A program made the position numbers and the translations under genes. From NCBI RefSeq assembly GCF_014280195.1, contig NZ_CP047960.1, forward strand, positions 240,001 to 272,000: DNA of 32,000 nucleotides. The letters are read 5' to 3'. Source of the DNA: Synechococcus sp. A15-24 (GTDB lineage Bacteria; Cyanobacteriota; Cyanobacteriia; PCC-6307; Cyanobiaceae). Of this stretch, positions 16,520-25,431 are shown piece after piece; positions within the stretch are counted from its first letter, which is position 1; each line of letters begins with the position of its first letter. The notes under the pieces are model-generated. The model was given only the letters and a program-made list of their open reading frames with translations. It did no database searches and was not told where the DNA came from.

Positions 16520-17479
16520 TTGATCAATCTGGTGACTGGAGGGGCTGGTTTTGTCGGCTCCCATCTGGTTGATCGCCTGATGCATGCCGGGCAGGAGGTG
16601 ATCTGTCTTGATAACTACTTCACGGGACGCAAAGGCAATATCACCCAGTGGATCGGTCATCCCAGGTTTGAGCTGATCCGGCATGACGTTACCGATCCGA
16701 TTCGGCTCGAATGTGATCGCATCTGGCATTTGGCCTGCCCGGCATCACCGATTCACTATCAGTTCAATCCGATCAAGACCGCCAAGACAAGCTTTCTAGG
16801 CACTTACAACATGCTGGGTTTGGCTCGCCGTGTGGGTGCTCGGCTTCTCCTTGCTAGCACGAGTGAGGTGTATGGCGACCCGGAGGTGCATCCACAACCG
16901 GAGAGTTACCGCGGTTGTGTCAACACCATTGGAATTCGCAGTTGCTACGACGAGGGCAAGCGCATCGCTGAAACCCTCTGTTTTGACTACCAGAGGATGC
17001 ACGATGTGGAAATCCGTGTCATGCGGATTTTCAACACCTATGGCCCACGGATGCTTCCCGATGATGGTCGTGTCGTGAGCAACTTCATTGTTCAGGCGCT
17101 CAAGGGTGAGCCACTGACCTTGTATGGCGATGGTTCGCAGACCCGCTCCTTCTGCTTCGTCGATGACCTTGTGGAGGGAATGATTCGCTTGATGAATGGG
17201 TCTCACACCGGCCCGATGAACATCGGCAACCCCGGTGAATTCACCATTCGGCAACTGGCCGAGCTTGTACGAGCTCGCATCCATCCAGACCTTCCACTGA
17301 TCGAGAAACCTCTGCCCGCTGATGATCCACTGCAGCGACAGCCCGTGATTGATCTGGCGCAGCGGGAACTCGGTTGGAGCCCGACCGTTTCATTGGAAAA
17401 CGGTCTGATCCCAACGATCGAATGGTTCCGTAAGGTCCTCGACCTACAGGCCACACAAACCGAGAGTGTCCGGGCATGA
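16520..17479 (+). CDS. uxs: UDP-glucuronate decarboxylase (UDP-xylose synthase)
   Basis: [63 protein letters not shown]: UXS-type SDR. TTG at 16520 is the only start after the in-frame TGA at 16514-16516 that keeps the Rossmann motif. Confidence 0.88.
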   Translation: MINLVTGGAGFVGSHLVDRLMHAGQEVICLDNYFTGRKGNITQWIGHPRFELIRHDVTDPIRLECDRIWHLACPASPIHYQFNPIKTAKTSFLGTYNMLGLARRVGARLLLASTSEVYGDPEVHPQPESYRGCVNTIGIRSCYDEGKRIAETLCFDYQRMHDVEIRVMRIFNTYGPRMLPDDGRVVSNFIVQALKGEPLTLYGDGSQTRSFCFVDDLVEGMIRLMNGSHTGPMNIGNPGEFTIRQLAELVRARIHPDLPLIEKPLPADDPLQRQPVIDLAQRELGWSPTVSLENGLIPTIEWFRKVLDLQATQTESVRA

Positions 17480-18879
17480 CCGTTCAACGCATCTGTTGCA
17501 TGGGTGCCGGCTATGTCGGCGGGCCAACCATGGCGGTGATTGCTGATCGCTGCCCTGAGGTGCAGGTCACGGTTGTTGATCTGAATGAACAACGCATTGC
17601 TGCCTGGAACGATGCGGACCTGAGTCGCTTGCCCGTTTATGAGCCAGGGTTGGATGCTGTGGTGGCCCGTGCCCGGGGCCGAAACCTCAGCTTTTCAACA
17701 GCGGTGGAAGCGACCGTCGCGGCGGCGGACTTGGTGTTCATCTCTGTGAACACGCCGACGAAAACGAAGGGACTGGGGGCGGGACAGGCCAGTGACCTGC
17801 GCTGGGTGGAGGCCTGTGCTCGCACGGTGGCCCAGGCAGCCACCGGCCACACGATCGTGGTGGAGAAAAGCACTCTGCCGGTGCGCACCGCCGCAGCGAT
17901 CAAGACGATCCTCGAGGCCGCCCAGGCGGATGATCAGCAGCGCAGCTTCACGGTGCTCTCCAACCCTGAATTCCTGGCGGAGGGCACAGCGATCCGGGAT
18001 CTTGAGGCACCCGACCGGGTGCTGATCGGAGGCGACGACACGGCATCGATCGAGGCGCTGGCGGCGGTCTACAGCCATTGGGTGCCGGAGCAGCAGATCC
18101 TGCGCACCAACCTCTGGAGCAGTGAGCTCTCCAAGCTCACGGCCAATGCGTTTCTGGCGCAGCGGATCAGTTCGATCAACTCCGTGGCGGCACTCTGCGA
18201 GGCCACCGGCGCCGATGTGCGGGAGGTGGCCCGGGCGATCGGCACCGACAGCCGCATCGGCCCGAAGTTTCTCAATGCAGGACCCGGCTTCGGCGGCAGC
18301 TGCTTCCAGAAGGACATCCTCAACCTCGTCTATCTCTGCCGTCATTTCGGCTTGCCGGAGGTGGCCGACTACTGGGAATCGGTGGTGGCGTTGAACACCT
18401 GGCAGCAGCACCGGATCGCACAGCTGGTAGTGCAGAAGCTGTTCGGCACGGTGACCGGCAAGCGCTTGGCCATTCTTGGGTTTGCCTTCAAGGCCGACAC
18501 CAATGACACCCGCGAGGCGCCGGCGATTCGCATCTGCGGCGATCTGCTGGAGGAGGGGGCACAGCTGGCCATCCACGATCCCAAGGTGGAGCCAGCCCAG
18601 ATGGCCCGTGACCTGAAGCAGGAGGCGGCAGCGGCGGCGGATGCCCTTAGCGGAACCGGCAGCTGGGCCCTGGCTGAGTCCGTTGAGGAGGCCGTCAGTG
18701 GTGCGGATGCGGTGCTGATCCTGACGGAATGGAACGACTACAGGCAGTTGAACTGGTCTGAATTGGCGGGACGGATGCGCAAACCGGCCTGGCTGTTTGA
18801 TGCCCGGGCGGTGGCGGATCCGGAGGCGGTGCGGGCGGCAGGCTTGACCCTGTGGCGGGTCGGGGACGGCGAAGGCTGA
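17476..18879 (+). CDS. ugd: UDP-glucose 6-dehydrogenase
   Basis: [37 protein letters not shown] (catalytic Cys), [18 protein letters not shown] overlap with uxs at 17476-17479. Confidence 0.92.
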   Translation: MTVQRICCMGAGYVGGPTMAVIADRCPEVQVTVVDLNEQRIAAWNDADLSRLPVYEPGLDAVVARARGRNLSFSTAVEATVAAADLVFISVNTPTKTKGLGAGQASDLRWVEACARTVAQAATGHTIVVEKSTLPVRTAAAIKTILEAAQADDQQRSFTVLSNPEFLAEGTAIRDLEAPDRVLIGGDDTASIEALAAVYSHWVPEQQILRTNLWSSELSKLTANAFLAQRISSINSVAALCEATGADVREVARAIGTDSRIGPKFLNAGPGFGGSCFQKDILNLVYLCRHFGLPEVADYWESVVALNTWQQHRIAQLVVQKLFGTVTGKRLAILGFAFKADTNDTREAPAIRICGDLLEEGAQLAIHDPKVEPAQMARDLKQEAAAAADALSGTGSWALAESVEEAVSGADAVLILTEWNDYRQLNWSELAGRMRKPAWLFDARAVADPEAVRAAGLTLWRVGDGEG

Positions 18880-19901
18880 TGACACGCACGGTTCTGGTCA
18901 CCGGTGCCGCGGGCTTCATCGGTGCAGCGCTCTCTCAGCGACTGCTGGCCCGCGGCGAGCGCGTGGTCGGTCTCGACAACCTCAACAACTACTACGACCC
19001 GGCCCTCAAACAGGCGCGTCTGCGCCAGGTCGAGGCCATGGCCTTGAAAGGAGCCTGGCGGTTTGAGCTGATCTCACTTGAGGACGGCGATGCGTTGACA
19101 GCTCTGTTTGCCGAGGAGCGTCCGGATGTGGTGGTGAATCTGGCTGCCCAGGCAGGGGTGCGTTACTCGCTGGAGAACCCTGCGGCCTACATCCAGAGCA
19201 ATCTGGTGGGGTTTGGCCACATCCTGGAAGGCTGTCGTCACCACGACGTTGGTCACCTGGTGTATGCCTCCAGCAGTTCCGTGTATGGCGGCAACAGCAA
19301 CCTGCCCTTTCACGAGCGCCAACCGGTCAACCACCCGGTGAGCCTGTATGCCGCGAGCAAGAAAGCCAATGAGCTGATGGCCCACACTTACAGCCACCTG
19401 TACGGGCTGCCGGCTACCGGTCTGCGCTTCTTCACGGTGTATGGGCCTTGGGGACGGCCGGACATGGCCCCGATGCTGTTCGCCCGGGCGATCCTGGCGG
19501 GTGAACCGATCAAGGTGTTCAACCATGGCCGGATGCAGCGGGATTTCACGTATATCGACGACATCGTGGAAGGAGTGCTGCGCTGCTGCGATCAACCAGC
19601 TACAGCAAACCCCGATTTCGATCCCCAGCAGCCGGACCCTGCAACGGCGGCGGCGCCGCACCGGGTGTTCAACATTGGCAACAGCCAGCCCACGGAGCTG
19701 TTGCGTTTCATCGAGGTGATGGAGCAGGCCCTTGGCTGTGATGCGATCAAGGATTTCCAGCTGATGCAGCCCGGTGATGTCGTGGCCACGGCTGCTGATA
19801 CCAAGGCATTGGAGGATTGGGTGGGATTCAGGCCCTCAACAGCGATTGAAGTTGGTATGGCGAAGTTCGCAGAGTGGTATCGGGACTTCTACGGGGTCTG
19901 A
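18879..19901 (+). CDS. UDP-glucuronate 4-epimerase (NAD-dependent epimerase, GAE/CapI type)
   Basis: VLVTGAAGFIGAALSQRLLARGERVVGLDNLNNYYDPALKQARL, SSSSVYG, YAASKKANE, FFTVYGPWGRPDMA. Start taken at ATG 18879 (TGATG overlap with the ugd stop) instead of the ORF-track start at 18852. Confidence 0.85.
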   Translation: MTRTVLVTGAAGFIGAALSQRLLARGERVVGLDNLNNYYDPALKQARLRQVEAMALKGAWRFELISLEDGDALTALFAEERPDVVVNLAAQAGVRYSLENPAAYIQSNLVGFGHILEGCRHHDVGHLVYASSSSVYGGNSNLPFHERQPVNHPVSLYAASKKANELMAHTYSHLYGLPATGLRFFTVYGPWGRPDMAPMLFARAILAGEPIKVFNHGRMQRDFTYIDDIVEGVLRCCDQPATANPDFDPQQPDPATAAAPHRVFNIGNSQPTELLRFIEVMEQALGCDAIKDFQLMQPGDVVATAADTKALEDWVGFRPSTAIEVGMAKFAEWYRDFYGV

Positions 19902-19934
19902 CTCTGAAGCGTGGCCACAGGAGAAGAGGAGGCC

Positions 19935-19959
19935 AAAAAAAACCGGCACAGGGCCGGTT
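19935..19959 (-). terminator. Intrinsic terminator downstream of psbJ
   Basis: The minus strand reads AACCGGC-CCTGT-GCCGGTT followed by a T-run (8 T in total, 2 of them in the stem). It lies 24 nt after the psbJ stop. In the plus direction there is no U-tract, so it should be weak for the epimerase transcript. Confidence 0.6.
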
Positions 19960-19983
19960 GAACAATCAAACGCAACCTGAAAA

Positions 19984-20184
19984 TCAGGCGGAACCGACGC
20001 CGGTGTATGAGCCGTAGAAAAACAGGCCGACCACGAACAGAACAGCCATACCACCTGCTGTGGCCACAAGCCACAGGGGCAGAACGCCTTCAGTCCAGCG
20101 GGAGCGCCAGGGCACTGCAGGACGACCATCAGGAAGACGGTCGGGAATTCGACCATCGGGGAAGGGAGACTTCTTGCCGCTCAT
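19984..20184 (-). CDS. psbJ: Photosystem II protein PsbJ (long, picocyanobacterial type)
   Basis: ...[32 protein letters not shown] is the PsbJ TM helix. The N-terminal extension of about 30 aa ([14 protein letters not shown]) is as I recall for marine picocyanobacteria. It is the last gene of psbEFLJ. Confidence 0.9.
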   Translation of the reverse strand: MSGKKSPFPDGRIPDRLPDGRPAVPWRSRWTEGVLPLWLVATAGGMAVLFVVGLFFYGSYTGVGSA

Positions 20185-20194
20185 GGGTCGAACC

Positions 20195-20314
20195 TCAGTT
20201 GAAGAAGTAGCTGGACATCAACACGCCGGTGACAAACACAAACAGCAGGCCCAGGTAAAGGCTGGTGCGGTTGAGTTCAACCGGAAGATTGTTCGGATTG
20301 GGGTTGCGTTGCAT
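20195..20314 (-). CDS. psbL: Photosystem II protein PsbL
   Basis: Manual translation gives [39 protein letters not shown] (39 aa). In the ORF track it appears only as the tail of the spurious 174-aa ORF 20195..20719. Confidence 0.92.
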   Translation of the reverse strand: MQRNPNPNNLPVELNRTSLYLGLLFVFVTGVLMSSYFFN

Positions 20315-20322
20315 GGTGCTGA

Positions 20323-20460
20323 TCAGCGACGGATGAATTGCATCGCGGCGAGGGCGCCGAGGAAAAACACAGTCGGAACACCGAGTGTGTGAAGGGCCAG
20401 CCAACGCACCGTGAAGATCGGATAGTTGCGTGGGGTGGTGGCGACGGGGGTTTGTGACAT
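20323..20460 (-). CDS. psbF: Cytochrome b559 beta subunit PsbF
   Basis: Manual translation from ATG 20460 gives [45 protein letters not shown] (45 aa), with TGA at 20323-20325. It is below the ORF-track size cutoff. Confidence 0.92.
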   Translation of the reverse strand: MSQTPVATTPRNYPIFTVRWLALHTLGVPTVFFLGALAAMQFIRR

Positions 20461-20463
20461 GGG

Positions 20464-20712
20464 TTATTTCAGGCGGACGTCGAGTTCGGATTTGCCCTCG
20501 TAGCGCTGGCTCACCACAGGAGCCTTGCTCTCGGAGGCCTGGAAGTAAGCATCCGGACGAGGCGTGCCGAAAGCGTCGTAGGCCAGGCCGGTGGACACGA
20601 ACAGGAACCCGGCAAGGAAGATCGATGGAAGAGTCACGAAGTGAATCACCCAGTAGCGGATGCTCGTGATGATTTCGAAGAACGGGCGTTCCCCTGTAGA
20701 GCCTGCAGCCAT
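20464..20712 (-). CDS. psbE: Cytochrome b559 alpha subunit PsbE
   Basis: [51 protein letters not shown]: canonical PsbE with the heme-ligand His. Confidence 0.95.
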   Translation of the reverse strand: MAAGSTGERPFFEIITSIRYWVIHFVTLPSIFLAGFLFVSTGLAYDAFGTPRPDAYFQASESKAPVVSQRYEGKSELDVRLK

Positions 20713-20728
20713 AGCTCATGCATATCAG

Positions 20729-20764
20729 CTCGGCGATCCTAGGGGGTGATGACGGGTCGCCGAG
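20729..20764 (-). promoter_or_regulatory. Stem-loop in the ycf48-psbE spacer (8-bp perfect inverted repeat, 20-nt loop)
   Basis: CTCGGCGA (20729-20736) pairs with TCGCCGAG (20757-20764). On the minus strand it sits 18 nt after the ycf48 stop and 16 nt before the psbE ATG. There is no U-tract, so it is not a classical terminator. Confidence 0.35.
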
Positions 20765-20782
20765 TGAGGCCTGAGCCCTTGG

Positions 20783-21784
20783 TTACACAGCGTTGCCCAC
20801 CCAACGCAACAGGTTGCCGCGCTCACCCAGCACAAAGGCGTGATCCCCATCGAACACCATGCGGGTGAAATTGCTGGGCTGGCGATCGCCCACGGGATCG
20901 ATCTCCCAGCTGTCAGCACCGTCGCGACTCACCAGCAGGGTGCCGTTGCCGCCGCCGGCCCAGATCGTGCCATCGTCATCCCAGGCCATATCCATGTAGC
21001 CGTAACCGTTGGTGATCGGGATGATCGCCTTGGTCCAGCTTTCGAGGTTCCCCGGTTCGTCGTTCAGGCGGATCTGAGCCCCACGGGCCACCATCCAGAG
21101 GTTGCCGTCGGGTTGGTAGCCAATGCTCTGCAGTCGCTGGCTGCTCACCCGCTGGTGCACCTGCCAGACGGCATCCCCAGGCTGCCAGGTGGCGTAGAAA
21201 TTACCCAGGCTGCTCACGCTCACGTAGCTGCCGTCATCACCGCGACGCAGATCACGCACAGCACCAGCGGCATCGGTGACCAGAGCCTCCCAGCTGCCTC
21301 CGTCGTCATGGGTCTCGTACACAGCCCCCACGTTGGTGGCCATTTCGGCGGAGTGGCTTCTCAGTGCCGTGATCAGGTACGGCTCACCAGGCAGCTTCGT
21401 GTCGAGGAACAGACGCGTCCAGTTCTGACCGCCATCGCTGGTGTGCATTAGCAGTCCAGGTTGACCGGCAATCCAGCCTTCATCGCCGTTGAAGTCGATG
21501 CTGATCAAACGGAAGTTTTCTTCCTCGGGCAGATCAAGGCTGCGATCGTTCCAGGTGGCCCCTCCATCGTTGGTTTCACGGATCATTCGGTTGCTGCCCA
21601 CGATGTAGCCGTGGAGTGAATCCGTGAAGGCCACATCCAGGGGATTGGCTTCGGTGTCGAGGTTGAGGGCCTGCCAAGGGCTGGTTGAAGCGACAGGCAG
21701 GTGCGTCGTGACGCAGCCACTGAGGCTCACCCCCAGCACCAGCACAAGCAGCAGATTGATCGCAGAAGAGACGAAGCGCGTCAT
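20783..21784 (-). CDS. ycf48: Photosystem II assembly/stability factor Ycf48 (HCF136)
   Basis: Lipoprotein signal ...LVLGVSLSGC. Beta-propeller repeats with (T/S)xDGGxTW-type motifs (TNDGGATWN, TSDGGQNWT, THDDGGSWE, SRDGADSWE). Confidence 0.9.
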   Translation of the reverse strand: MTRFVSSAINLLLVLVLGVSLSGCVTTHLPVASTSPWQALNLDTEANPLDVAFTDSLHGYIVGSNRMIRETNDGGATWNDRSLDLPEEENFRLISIDFNGDEGWIAGQPGLLMHTSDGGQNWTRLFLDTKLPGEPYLITALRSHSAEMATNVGAVYETHDDGGSWEALVTDAAGAVRDLRRGDDGSYVSVSSLGNFYATWQPGDAVWQVHQRVSSQRLQSIGYQPDGNLWMVARGAQIRLNDEPGNLESWTKAIIPITNGYGYMDMAWDDDGTIWAGGGNGTLLVSRDGADSWEIDPVGDRQPSNFTRMVFDGDHAFVLGERGNLLRWVGNAV

Positions 21785-21789
21785 GGCGT

Positions 21790-22206
21790 TCAGCGGAGCG
21801 AATAGAGGGAGAGGAAGAAGGCGAAGGCCAGGGCGAGACCACCGAAGATCAGAACGTTTTTCTGACCAGGGGTCATGCGATTGACTCCGATGCCGAAATT
21901 GAGGTTCTCCTCAAAACCACTGGCTTTTGTGCGGGGGCCGATGTCTCGGAAGGCCGGTTTACGACTGCGGCAGACCGGACAGCGGAAGCCGGCTGGGTCG
22001 AGATCGTCAAAGGCTGTACCGGCCTCAATCCCCACCTTCTTGACCCCTTCTTCAGGGTCGTAGACATATCCACAGCTGCGGCACTCGAAGCGGTGGGTGC
22101 GTGGATCGCTTTCTGGGGCAGCCTCAACAGCGGTCTTTGCCTCATCGGCAACCGGCGGCTGGTCCGTTGTCGGCGGCTGTTCGGCCGGCTGAAGCTCGTC
22201 GCTCAC
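21790..22206 (-). CDS. rubA: Membrane-anchored rubredoxin RubA
   Basis: [15 protein letters not shown]...[10 protein letters not shown] (two CxxC pairs) plus a C-terminal TM helix ([18 protein letters not shown]). GTG start at 22206. Its stop lies 5 nt upstream of the ycf48 ATG. Confidence 0.88.
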   Translation of the reverse strand: MSDELQPAEQPPTTDQPPVADEAKTAVEAAPESDPRTHRFECRSCGYVYDPEEGVKKVGIEAGTAFDDLDPAGFRCPVCRSRKPAFRDIGPRTKASGFEENLNFGIGVNRMTPGQKNVLIFGGLALAFAFFLSLYSLR

Positions 22207-22289
22207 CGCTCTGTTGCTGTGCGCGCCGACTCTATCCGCGTCAACTCTTGGCAGTGAATGCCAGAATGACCCTGTATACGGGGACGTTC

Positions 22290-22652
22290 ATGTTTGCCCT
22301 GCCCGGCTACGACGCCTTCCTCGGGTTTTTGATGATCGCTGCGGCTGTTCCAGCCCTCGCATTGATCACCAACAAACTCCTGGCGCCCAAGAGCCGCGCC
22401 GGTGAGCGCCAGCTCACGTACGAATCCGGTATGGAGCCCATCGGTGGCGCCTGGATTCAGTTCAACATTCGCTATTACATGTTCGCCCTGGTCTTCGTCA
22501 TTTTTGACGTCGAGACCGTCTTTCTCTACCCCTGGGCTGTGGCCTTTCACCGCTTGGGGGTTCTGGCGTTCATCGAAGCGCTCATCTTCATCACAATCCT
22601 GCTGGTCGCCTTGGCCTACGCCTGGCGCAAGGGCGCCCTCGAGTGGAGCTAG
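22290..22652 (+). CDS. ndhC: NAD(P)H-quinone oxidoreductase subunit 3 (NDH-1 NdhC)
   Basis: [21 protein letters not shown]...[42 protein letters not shown] 22290 preferred (120 aa). ATG 22266 is possible. The ORF-track start at 22101 would overlap rubA. Confidence 0.92.
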   Translation: MFALPGYDAFLGFLMIAAAVPALALITNKLLAPKSRAGERQLTYESGMEPIGGAWIQFNIRYYMFALVFVIFDVETVFLYPWAVAFHRLGVLAFIEALIFITILLVALAYAWRKGALEWS

Positions 22653-22654
22653 CT

Positions 22655-23395
22655 ATGTCAGATCTCACCTCTCCTTCCATCACCGCAGTGCGCGACCTGC
22701 GGGAAGCCAGCTGCGGTCCGATCGGTGCCCCTAAGGTCACCAGTGACTTGAGCGAAAACGTCATCCTCACCAGCCTGGATGACCTTCACAACTGGGCCCG
22801 TCTCAGCAGCCTCTGGCCTCTGCTTTACGGCACGGCTTGCTGCTTCATTGAATTCGCAGCGCTGCTGGGATCGCGCTTTGATTTCGACAGCTTCGGACTG
22901 GTGCCCCGCAGTTCGCCACGTCAGGCAGATCTCCTGATCGTTGCAGGCACGGTGACGATGAAAATGGCTCCAGCTCTGGTTCGGTTGTACGAGCAGATGC
23001 CCGAGCCGAAATATGTGATTGCCATGGGCGCCTGCACGATCACCGGAGGCATGTTCAGTGCCGACTCCACCACTGCCGTGCGTGGCGTGGACAAGCTGAT
23101 TCCCGTTGATCTCTACATGCCCGGTTGCCCACCGCGGCCGGAAGCGATTTTTGATGCGGTGATCAAACTGCGTAAGAAAGTTGGCGATGAATCCCTCGCC
23201 GAGCGGCGCAAACACGTTCAGACCCACCGTTATTTCACCGTGTCCCATCAGATGAAACGCGTGGAAGCACAGGTGACGGGCTCCTATCTCCGGGCTGAAA
23301 CCCAGAAAACGGCCCTTGCCGCTGCACCTGCGGGTCAGACCCTGGCTACCGATGCGGCCGTTCTCACCCCCGCACCTGAAGCTATCGAGTCATGA
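22655..23395 (+). CDS. ndhK: NDH-1 subunit NdhK
   Basis: [82 protein letters not shown]...[11 protein letters not shown] 22655 lies 2 nt after the ndhC stop. Confidence 0.92.
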   Translation: MSDLTSPSITAVRDLREASCGPIGAPKVTSDLSENVILTSLDDLHNWARLSSLWPLLYGTACCFIEFAALLGSRFDFDSFGLVPRSSPRQADLLIVAGTVTMKMAPALVRLYEQMPEPKYVIAMGACTITGGMFSADSTTAVRGVDKLIPVDLYMPGCPPRPEAIFDAVIKLRKKVGDESLAERRKHVQTHRYFTVSHQMKRVEAQVTGSYLRAETQKTALAAAPAGQTLATDAAVLTPAPEAIES

Positions 23396-23958
23396 GCGAA
23401 ACCCCGAAGAATCCTCCTGCCTCCACCGAGGACACCTCTGCGGTTGTCGCCCCAACAGCGGGGCCTGTGAGCCATTGGCTGCAGCAGCAGGGCTTTGAGC
23501 ATCAGGTGCTCGAACCCGATCACGTTGGCATCGAGCAGATCGGTGTGGACGCTGAGGTGCTTCCAATCATCGCTGCAGCGTTGAAAAGCAACGGTTTCGA
23601 TTACCTCCAGTGCCACGGCGGTTACGACGAAGGCCCCGGCGAACACCTGGTCTGCTTCTATCACCTTCTGGCCATGGCCGAGCAGCTTGAGGCCATGGCG
23701 TCTGACCCCTCAGCCCAATTGCGGGAAGTGCGGTTGAAGGTCTTCCTCAGCCGTGAAGGAACACCCGTTCTTCCTTCGATTTACGGACTGTTCCGCGGTG
23801 CCGACTGGCAGGAGCGTGAAACATTCGACATGTACGGCATTCAATTCGACGGCCATCCCCACCCCAAACGCCTGCTGATGCCGGAAGACTGGAAGGGTTG
23901 GCCGCTGCGCAAGGACTATGTGCAGCCGGATTTCTACGAAATGCAGGACGCCTATTGA
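23392..23958 (+). CDS. ndhJ: NDH-1 subunit NdhJ
   Basis: ...[45 protein letters not shown] overlap with ndhK at 23392-23395. Confidence 0.92.
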   Translation: MSETPKNPPASTEDTSAVVAPTAGPVSHWLQQQGFEHQVLEPDHVGIEQIGVDAEVLPIIAAALKSNGFDYLQCHGGYDEGPGEHLVCFYHLLAMAEQLEAMASDPSAQLREVRLKVFLSREGTPVLPSIYGLFRGADWQERETFDMYGIQFDGHPHPKRLLMPEDWKGWPLRKDYVQPDFYEMQDAY

Positions 23959-25277
23959 TCCCGTTCACGGCGGTGGTTTCTGTAGAAGCGCATCACCGCC
24001 AGGGCGAGACTTCGTGAGTCATGCCGAAGTGTGGCCGTCGGTCTTGCTCCTTGAAGGGGAGCTTGGGTGACGTCGTATCCGTCACTGCGTAGATCGTCCG
24101 CATCACAGACTACGGGCTGAGCACCGCGGGACCGGTAATGTTCCACCAGGGGCGAATCCTCCAGATCATCCTGGGCCAGGACAGCTGTGAACAGCCGTTG
24201 GTCGATGCCGATGCTGGCCAGCTGTGCTTCGATCGCCCGCAGATGTCCACGCACATCCAGGCCATCCGTTTCCCCCGGTTGGGTCATCAGGTTGCAGATG
24301 TACAGCCGAGGCGCTCGGCTTCGACGGATGGCGCTGACCAGTTCCGGCACCAGCAGGTTGGGAAGCAACGAGGTGTAGAGACTGCCGGGACCTAGCAGGA
24401 TCAGATCAGCACTGGCGATCGCCTCCAGGGCTCGGGGCAATGCCGGGGGGCGTTCCGGCAGACAGCCCAGCCGCACGATCGGGCTGGGGGCATGGCCGAT
24501 GTTGCTTTCCCCCTCAATCCGATCACCATTCTCGAGCTCCGCCCAGAGCCGCACATCCACATTGGTGGCGGGCACCACTTGCCCCTGCACTGCCAAGACG
24601 CGACTGGAGGCCGTGATGGCGGTTTCCAGATTGCCTGTGATCGCCGTCAGGGCCGAAAGAAACAGGTTGCCGAAGCTATGGCCTTCCAGCCCGCTGCCGG
24701 CGGTGAAGCGGTACTGGAAGAGGCGGGTGAGCAGGGGTTCCTCGGTGGAGAGAGCTGCAAGGCAGTTGCGGATGTCCCCTGGGGGAAGCACCCCCAGCTC
24801 CCGCCGCAGTCGGCCGCTGCTGCCGCCGTCATCGGCCACGGTGACGATGGCGGTGATGTGGCTGCTATAGCGCTTCAGGCCACTCAAGAGGGTCGAGAGA
24901 CCGGTGCCGCCGCCGATGGCCACGATGTTGGGGCCGCGGTTGAGGCGGCTCTGGGTGCGGAGAGCATCCACCAGCACCGTGTCCTTGTCCGGCGCAAGGG
25001 CCTGCTGGATCGCCCCGAAACTGCGGCTCTGCCCCCAGAGCACCAGGCCAGTGCCGATGATCAACACCAATGGGCCGGTGATTTCGCGCGGCAGCACGGT
25101 GGTGATCGTGCTGAGAAACCAGCTGAGGGTTTCGAGAATCCAGTAGATCGGTTTGAGGTCCGCCCAGACCGCGGCCCCCAGCAGGGCCATCATCAGGCCG
25201 AGCCCCGAGGTCAGCACCCAGCGTTTGACCACCAGACCCGGTTGCAGCCAGCGGACAGCCCGCTGGGAGCGCGTCAT
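23952..25277 (-). CDS. YvcK/CofD-family (UPF0052, gluconeogenesis-factor-like) protein with N-terminal transmembrane segments
   Basis: [57 protein letters not shown] is the family signature. It is preceded by 2-3 hydrophobic helices. Start set at ATG 25277 ([10 protein letters not shown]); the 112-codon upstream extension in the ORF track runs into the divergent gene. Confidence 0.8.
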   Translation of the reverse strand: MTRSQRAVRWLQPGLVVKRWVLTSGLGLMMALLGAAVWADLKPIYWILETLSWFLSTITTVLPREITGPLVLIIGTGLVLWGQSRSFGAIQQALAPDKDTVLVDALRTQSRLNRGPNIVAIGGGTGLSTLLSGLKRYSSHITAIVTVADDGGSSGRLRRELGVLPPGDIRNCLAALSTEEPLLTRLFQYRFTAGSGLEGHSFGNLFLSALTAITGNLETAITASSRVLAVQGQVVPATNVDVRLWAELENGDRIEGESNIGHAPSPIVRLGCLPERPPALPRALEAIASADLILLGPGSLYTSLLPNLLVPELVSAIRRSRAPRLYICNLMTQPGETDGLDVRGHLRAIEAQLASIGIDQRLFTAVLAQDDLEDSPLVEHYRSRGAQPVVCDADDLRSDGYDVTQAPLQGARPTATLRHDSRSLALAVMRFYRNHRRERDQ

Positions 25278-25431
25278 CAGGTCCCGCCGGCGATAGGCCC
25301 GCAGCACCCTGGCTTGACGACGTTTGCTGTGCGGTGTGACGGGCGGCAAGGGCCGGAGAGTCCGGTCGTTCTCTGAACTGTACGGAGCCCTATGGGGCAC
25401 GCCAGGATGGACGTGATTTTCGTCCCAGCGC

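Noticed and set aside
17695-18885. 396-aa ORF antisense to ugd
   Set aside because: The sequence is Arg/Pro/Gly/Leu-rich with no motifs, whereas ugd on the plus strand is unambiguous.
20195-20719. 174-aa ORF spanning psbL, psbF and psbE
   Set aside because: Only the last 39 codons (psbL) are real. The rest is an alternative frame through psbF and psbE with a Pro/Arg/Gly/Ser-rich translation.
22249-22263. TGGCA-N5-TGCCA inverted repeat in the rubA/ndhC divergent spacer. I also looked there for NtcA-type GTA-N8-TAC and sigma70-like -35/-10 pairs
   Set aside because: A 5-bp arm is within chance expectation. No GTA-N8-TAC was found and no -35/-10 pair has acceptable spacing. I cannot support a promoter or operator call.
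25278-25431. 154-nt divergent spacer (yvcK-like / mlaF-like) examined for a small RNA, tRNA or riboswitch. It contains a short hairpin GCCGGA-GAG-TCCGGT
   Set aside because: The stem is only 5-6 bp, and there is no terminator-like tail or recognisable conserved RNA motif. It is most simply a promoter region.
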